From: a virus
Taxonomy: Duplodnaviria > Caudoviricetes
Reading direction: 5' to 3' (one strand)
DNA: 64,000 nucleotides
Virus record (IMG/VR): IMGVR_UViG_3300035498_000877
Location: 32,001 to 96,000 of that record
The translations under genes and the position numbers were made by a program. Below, piece by piece: positions 59,226 to 64,000 of the stretch. The notes beneath the pieces were generated by a model. The model searched no databases, had not been told where the DNA came from, and worked only from the letters and a program-made list of their open reading frames with translations. Each line of letters opens with the position of its first letter. Position 1 is the stretch's first letter.

Positions 59226-59332
59226 ATTGATGTTTCCTTTCTTAATTTAATATTATCATTATTTGTAATTATATATGATTTTAATAATAACTGATTGTGG
59301 ATATTTACATTTAAAATAATAAAAAGGAGGGA

Positions 59333-59923
59333 TTGATTTTGATAGATGAAGATAAATTGTATGAACAAGCTTATGGAGATATTCCTGATACACAAATTGG
59401 AAGGGTTGAATATATATTAGGTAAAAGAGCTAATAATGAAAAGTTTAATGCTGAGATTGCTAAAGAAGGTAAAAAAATAAAAAGAATAAAATATAAGACT
59501 ATTGAATTCACAATGTGGAAAATTGTGAAACCATCTAGAAGACCTAGAGCTAATAGTCGAAGTGGATATATCAGAATGTATGTTCCGGGAGCAAGAGAAG
59601 CTGGAGATTGGTTTGAAAAATTTTGCAATGAAAATAATTTGCCATTCATAAATACCCCATGTAAATTATATATGGAAATATATGAGAAGACTCCATCTAG
59701 TTTCAGTATAAAGAATAAGGTATTAGCAGAATTGGGAATTATTAGACCATGGAAGAGAACTGGTGATTTTGATAATTATGCAAAGACAATAGCTGACTGT
59801 ATACAACATGGAATGCTTGAGGATGATTGTTTGATTATAGAATCTAAACAGCAGTTATTCTATTCGATAAAACCACATGCTCATGTTAAAATAGAATATA
59901 TGGAAAAATGGCCTGAATATTAA
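59333..59923 (+). CDS. rusA: RusA-like Holliday junction resolvase
   Basis: KPSRRPR, GDFDNYAKTIAD, LEDDCLI catalytic motifs. Confidence 0.85.
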   Translation: MILIDEDKLYEQAYGDIPDTQIGRVEYILGKRANNEKFNAEIAKEGKKIKRIKYKTIEFTMWKIVKPSRRPRANSRSGYIRMYVPGAREAGDWFEKFCNENNLPFINTPCKLYMEIYEKTPSSFSIKNKVLAELGIIRPWKRTGDFDNYAKTIADCIQHGMLEDDCLIIESKQQLFYSIKPHAHVKIEYMEKWPEY

Positions 59924-59937
59924 GGAGGTGATTAATT

Positions 59938-60576
59938 ATGATGGGAAAGGATTGTGAATCTCTATTATCAGGGATTACAAGTATAAAGAAATCATTAGAT
60001 GATGGGATAGTCAGTTTGGCTGGTGAGTTAGCTAGCTCTACAGTAGTAATTGATACATCAATAAGTGTGAATGAAGATTCACACAGTGGTACATTGAAAG
60101 TAGATGAAAAAGAAAAAACAGCTTCTTCATCATCATATTTCTCAGCTGTTCAATCAGCTATATCAGAAAGTAATACTGTTATTGGACAGATGAAAACATT
60201 AGGTAGTCAGATGTATGTATCAGAACCAGAAGGATTTAACAACTCATATGGAAGTCCATGGAAAGAAATTAATAGATTATCTTCTATATTAACATCAGTA
60301 GAAACATATGCAAATGCTCACTCTACCATGAAACATGTTGGTGAGAAAGCAGGATTAATAGGACTGATGTCTATGGCTGCATCTGCATGTGTAGACGCTA
60401 AGTGGGCATTAATAACATACAATGACTATGTACAGAGAGGGTTTGATACCAAATATAATAACAATACTCCTTCAATAACATTTGCTAGAACAAAAAATAG
60501 AAGAACCACTGGAAATATTACACAGCCCATATCAGAAAATGTACATATTGCTGATGAATCTACAGATCCGTATTAA
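59938..60576 (+). CDS. Hypothetical protein
   Basis: AAGGAGGTG RBS. Confidence 0.75.
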   Translation: MMGKDCESLLSGITSIKKSLDDGIVSLAGELASSTVVIDTSISVNEDSHSGTLKVDEKEKTASSSSYFSAVQSAISESNTVIGQMKTLGSQMYVSEPEGFNNSYGSPWKEINRLSSILTSVETYANAHSTMKHVGEKAGLIGLMSMAASACVDAKWALITYNDYVQRGFDTKYNNNTPSITFARTKNRRTTGNITQPISENVHIADESTDPY

Positions 60577-60608
60577 TACAAAAAAGAAGAGGGATTTATA
60601 TCCCTCTT

Positions 60609-60995
60609 CTAATCTTGTTTTGCTTTATAGTACTTATACAATCCATAACTGTTTATCATATCTTCTTCTGTATCTAATGCTTTATTATAAATATTTTCAA
60701 GTTGATCTATTATATCATCTTCTCTTCTGTTTTCATATATACATTCATATCTAACTTTAGAGAGCTCGGTAGATGTCAGCTCAACTAAGTGCGTAATTAA
60801 TACTAGATATACATTGTATCGCTGAATCAATAATTCACAATACTTAGCTATTTCACTATTAGATGAGACATATAACATTGCTAAGTTCAGGTACTGTGTA
60901 TATTCCTGGATTAAACCAATTGATCTCTCAGATGAACTGGTTATTGCATCAATATTGTTTTTTAATACATCTAAATGCTCTTTGTATTGTTCCAT
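60609..60995 (-). CDS. Hypothetical protein
   Basis: Likely start MEQYKE after AAGGGG RBS. Confidence 0.7.
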   Translation of the reverse strand: MEQYKEHLDVLKNNIDAITSSSERSIGLIQEYTQYLNLAMLYVSSNSEIAKYCELLIQRYNVYLVLITHLVELTSTELSKVRYECIYENRREDDIIDQLENIYNKALDTEEDMINSYGLYKYYKAKQD

Positions 60996-61008
60996 ATTAT
61001 TTTCCCCT

Positions 61009-61527
61009 TTACAATTTAATTGCTTTTCTAATAATAGATGATATGTATCCTGGAAGATATTCAAGTGGTGATACATTCTCTAAATCTTTGGTAGTTGACA
61101 ATGGGTTGTCATAATCGGTATATCCATTATCACACTTAAATAGTTTCGCCTCTTCCTTATCTAAGAAAAGTATCACCCATTCTGCGATCTTGTTTTTACC
61201 AACTATATTAATCTGGTTTCCTCCATAGTAAATATGTAGTGCATAATTTCCACCTTCAAGTAATTTAATTTGTCCTGCATTCTTTTGTGCATACTCAAGA
61301 AAATCAGCATATGATAGCTGATCCTTATACCTGAGTTTATTAACTGCCTGATTCTTTGTAGCATATGTAGCTACTTTAGCTATGTTATCATTGTGAGGAG
61401 CAGATGCAATTAAGGTAAATTTTTCTTTTTCATCTCCTTCTCCATAACAGATACAGAAATCTTCAACCTCATATTTTTCCAGAGTATTGAGAATCTCTTT
61501 CATACAATCAAACTTGTTGTCCATCAT
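61009..61527 (-). CDS. Hypothetical protein
   Basis: AAGGGGG RBS. Confidence 0.75.
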   Translation of the reverse strand: MMDNKFDCMKEILNTLEKYEVEDFCICYGEGDEKEKFTLIASAPHNDNIAKVATYATKNQAVNKLRYKDQLSYADFLEYAQKNAGQIKLLEGGNYALHIYYGGNQINIVGKNKIAEWVILFLDKEEAKLFKCDNGYTDYDNPLSTTKDLENVSPLEYLPGYISSIIRKAIKL

Positions 61528-61783
61528 TTATTTCCCCCTTAAATAAATTTTGTTCTATCATTGTTTTAATATCATAGATATTTGGATAAACTAAAATGAG
61601 TGGTACATATTTATCGTGATCACGTATTATAATTTCATCAATATGTACCGGTACTCTAATTAAATCATTATTATCCTTAATGCTTAGAAATAACGAGCTT
61701 GGTTTATTTGGGTCAATTTGAAGATATTTTCTATTTAGTATCATATCTTCTATTGATTTACTAAAACATATTCTTTGTTTCAT
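61508..61783 (-). CDS. Hypothetical protein
   Basis: Likely start MKQRI after GGAGG. Confidence 0.7.
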   Translation of the reverse strand: MKQRICFSKSIEDMILNRKYLQIDPNKPSSLFLSIKDNNDLIRVPVHIDEIIIRDHDKYVPLILVYPNIYDIKTMIEQNLFKGEINDGQQV

Positions 61784-61824
61784 TTTTATTTCCTCCATTC
61801 AATTATATTGTAATAAACTCACTC

Positions 61825-61870
61825 TTTATTACATTATTAGAATATATAATTTCATAATAAAAGTATACGA
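61825..61870 (-). promoter_or_regulatory. Bipartite phage promoter, copy 5
   Basis: TCGTAT-N17-ATATATTCTAATAATGTAATAAA. Confidence 0.7.
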
Positions 61871-61889
61871 ACAAAAAATAGTGAGGACT

Positions 61890-62255
61890 TTAATCCTCAC
61901 TATTTTTAAATTCCTTATACAAATTATATGTATTTGTAATATCTGCTGCAACTCCATTTATGTCATCAATGAATTTATCTAACTTATTAATATACTCATC
62001 ATTTTCAATTTTTGATTTATAATCATTTATTTCTGTGGTAAGTTGAGTATATGTATTTGTTAAGTTGCTATATAAATCATCATATGACATAAATATTCCC
62101 TCAGGTTGTTCATCTGGTGTATTTTGTCCATGACCCATAGCAATCATACCATTCCATTGTTCACATATTGCATTAGAAACTTTGACAATATTTTGAACTT
62201 TCTTCTCCTCCTCTTCTATAAATTTTTCATCAAATGACATATCATTCATTGTCAT
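61890..62255 (-). CDS. Hypothetical protein
   Basis: AGGAGGT RBS. Confidence 0.75.
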   Translation of the reverse strand: MTMNDMSFDEKFIEEEEKKVQNIVKVSNAICEQWNGMIAMGHGQNTPDEQPEGIFMSYDDLYSNLTNTYTQLTTEINDYKSKIENDEYINKLDKFIDDINGVAADITNTYNLYKEFKNSED

Positions 62256-62271
62256 ATTATTATACCTCCTA

Positions 62272-63414
62272 TTATATCATAGCTTTTTTAATATATTTTT
62301 CTAATTTAGATTTACTCATTGGAGTATCATACTCGATAGCTAGATACTGATAATATTTTTCTACTATTGGTACAGATGGGTCCAATATGAAATTATATGT
62401 TGTATCAGAATCATCTTCTAGTCCATTATCTATTACTTCATATGATGTTTCCTTAATAGATGTAGTGAATAGTTTTTCATTAAATAAAACTGAAGTAAGA
62501 TTCTCTTTGAATGATGGATCTAAGTTATCAGGAGTTTTAAATACCAATTTAATCTTTCCTACTTTATTACCGCTAAACAAATCAACATTCTCATCTTTAA
62601 TTCTATTAATCTCATTTATTATATTTTCTTGACTTAAATATATCTCTGATTGTGGATTATATTCATATGTCTTATAAATATAAGCTTCAGTATTTTCTAC
62701 AAATATAAATTTATCATCTTCTATAATACCATATCCTTTTGGATCTTCCTCTCCAAAACAACTTCTAAACAATGACCCTACATAATAAACTTTATCATCA
62801 ATATTAGTATATGTATGGTAGTGCCCAAATACAGTTAAGATAGAAGCATTAATTAGTTCCTGTGATTTAAATCTAGGAACTTGTTTTTCATTATTAGATT
62901 TATTATTTGATGAATATGATATTATCGAAGGCATTCCATCTTCTATTATTCCATGCCCGAATATATAGTCATACTTTTTATTACTATATAAATAGTCTTT
63001 ATAAAATTCATGTTTATCATCAATATATTCCTCAGGTAAATATAAGATATTCTTACCATCGATGCATTCTTCAGTAGCAGTATCAAATACTTTCATGTCC
63101 ACATTTTTAGAAGTTAAATGATAATTAAATAATTTATATTGATTCATCTCATGTGATTCTGTTCCATATATTATTCTAATTTTGGTATTATTTCGTTTTG
63201 ATAATCTAATTATTAGTGACATTATATTCACTGCTAGTGATATATATTCTTCATTGGCTTTAAATAGCCTGTCAAAATAATCTCCCAATATAACTATCAT
63301 ATCACATTTCTTATATCCTGCTTCTTTTTCTAATATATCAGTTACTACATGATAGAAATATTGCGTATCTTTAATTGATCCAATATGCAGATCAGCAATT
63401 AATAATATTCTCAT
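62272..63414 (-). CDS. sbcD: SbcD/Mre11-like metallophosphoesterase nuclease
   Basis: IADLHIG, LGDYFD, GTESHE, FGHG, FGHYH, YVGSL..FGE..PKGY; start MRILL after GGAGG. Confidence 0.88.
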   Translation of the reverse strand: MRILLIADLHIGSIKDTQYFYHVVTDILEKEAGYKKCDMIVILGDYFDRLFKANEEYISLAVNIMSLIIRLSKRNNTKIRIIYGTESHEMNQYKLFNYHLTSKNVDMKVFDTATEECIDGKNILYLPEEYIDDKHEFYKDYLYSNKKYDYIFGHGIIEDGMPSIISYSSNNKSNNEKQVPRFKSQELINASILTVFGHYHTYTNIDDKVYYVGSLFRSCFGEEDPKGYGIIEDDKFIFVENTEAYIYKTYEYNPQSEIYLSQENIINEINRIKDENVDLFSGNKVGKIKLVFKTPDNLDPSFKENLTSVLFNEKLFTTSIKETSYEVIDNGLEDDSDTTYNFILDPSVPIVEKYYQYLAIEYDTPMSKSKLEKYIKKAMI

Positions 63415-63438
63415 TTTTATTCCTCCATTTATATGAAA

Positions 63439-63463
63439 ATAATATATTATTAAAAACAATGTA
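63439..63463. repeat. 25-bp element identical to 43595-43619
   Basis: ATAATATATTATTAAAAACAATGTA. Confidence 0.65.
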
Positions 63464-63590
63464 TTTTCACAATACAAATTTTTAAATATTAAAAATATTA
63501 TAATTACATCTAATGGAATATGACATAATAGCCTAATATTTTTGATAAAATAACTTTATAACATTTTAAAAATAGAAGGGAGAAACTATT

Positions 63591-64000
63591 ATGAGCAATA
63601 AGTACTTGGGGGGGGGATTCCCAGATTAAAAGCCTAATACAAAATATAATAAAAAATGTACCACGTGAAGAATATAGTGGTGATGATATTAAAAAGATGC
63701 GAATGCAAACGTGTAAACATGAAAATCTAATATATCAATATAATAATGATGCAACATGTACTGAAGATGGTACTGAGGATGAGATATGTAATGAATGTGG
63801 ATATACAGAAACAAAAATTAAAGTAGGATCGGCTTTAGGTCATATTTATCCATCTGAGTGGACTATCAGTAAAGAAGCTACTTGTGAAGAAGATGGTATA
63901 AAAATAAAAGTATGTACTAGATGTGGTAACGATCAGATTACTGATACTATTTTTAAATTAGGGCATAGTTATCCTGATGATTGGACTATAGTAACACCAG
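63591..64000 (+). CDS. Frameshifted gene for a Cys-repeat (ATCTEDG-type) surface/fibre protein; runs off the window
   Basis: RBS GAAGGGAG and ATG at 63591 give MSNKYLGGGFPD*. The +1 frame after the G9 tract is open to the window end and encodes DATCTEDG..CNECG..ALGH / EATCEEDG..CTRCG..LGH repeats. Confidence 0.7.
63608..63616 (+). repeat. G9 homopolymer tract (candidate slipped-strand or frameshift switch)
   Basis: Nine consecutive G residues in codons 6-9; G8 or G11 restores the frame. Confidence 0.75.

Noticed and set aside
145-62632. Numerous 60-130 aa ORFs nested in or antisense to long genes
   Set aside because: Shadow ORFs rich in Ser/Ile/Leu with no RBS, overlapping well-supported genes.
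1-64000. Stop-codon reassignment (alternative genetic code)
   Set aside because: Long genes are intact under code 11, and both TAG (e.g. the DGR target) and TGA end genes at sensible positions. The breaks seen are explained by introns and one G tract.
1-64000. CRISPR array, tRNA or rRNA genes
   Set aside because: No regularly spaced repeat-spacer array or cloverleaf seen by eye; the recurrent GAGGG..CCCTC elements are terminators.
1-64000. Phage nucleus shell (ChmA) or PhuZ tubulin
   Set aside because: No recognisable motifs in this window; the rest of the genome cannot be judged.
63700-64000. Cys repeats as the CXXX substrate of the radical SAM enzyme
   Set aside because: Spacing is TC..CxxC..H (metal-binding surface-protein repeat), not (Cxxx)n, and the gene is 24 kb away.

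Overview
A 64-kb, very AT-rich segment of a jumbo myophage of the phiKZ/AR9(PBS1)-like type. Strong AGGAGG ribosome-binding sites and an LL-H-type holin suggest a Firmicutes host (inference). Core genes: SF2 helicase with an intein, DnaB-like helicase, major capsid protein and candidate protease-processed internal head proteins, terminase large subunit split by an HNH-carrying group I intron, tail sheath and tube, probable portal, split multisubunit RNA polymerase pieces (a beta N-half interrupted by two ORF-less group I introns and a stand-alone beta' C-terminal fragment), GroEL-like chaperonin, RusA-like resolvase, SbcD/Mre11 nuclease and two DHH nucleases. The most notable accessory content is as follows. 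(1) A diversity-generating retroelement (RT, 110-bp TR/VR pair with 13 of 13 mismatches at TR adenines) that lacks an avd gene and has an adenine-depleted TR centre. (2) An intein-interrupted CXXX-type radical SAM/SPASM maturase directly upstream of the DGR target. (3) A second putative surface/fibre gene that shares the DGR target's N-terminal motif and is out of frame at a G9 tract, a candidate phase-variation or frameshift switch. Also visible are a fixed-spacing bipartite promoter motif in five copies, a 3' module shared by all three introns, and an expanded paralog family in the early region. All family assignments come from motif recognition by eye; no database search was run.
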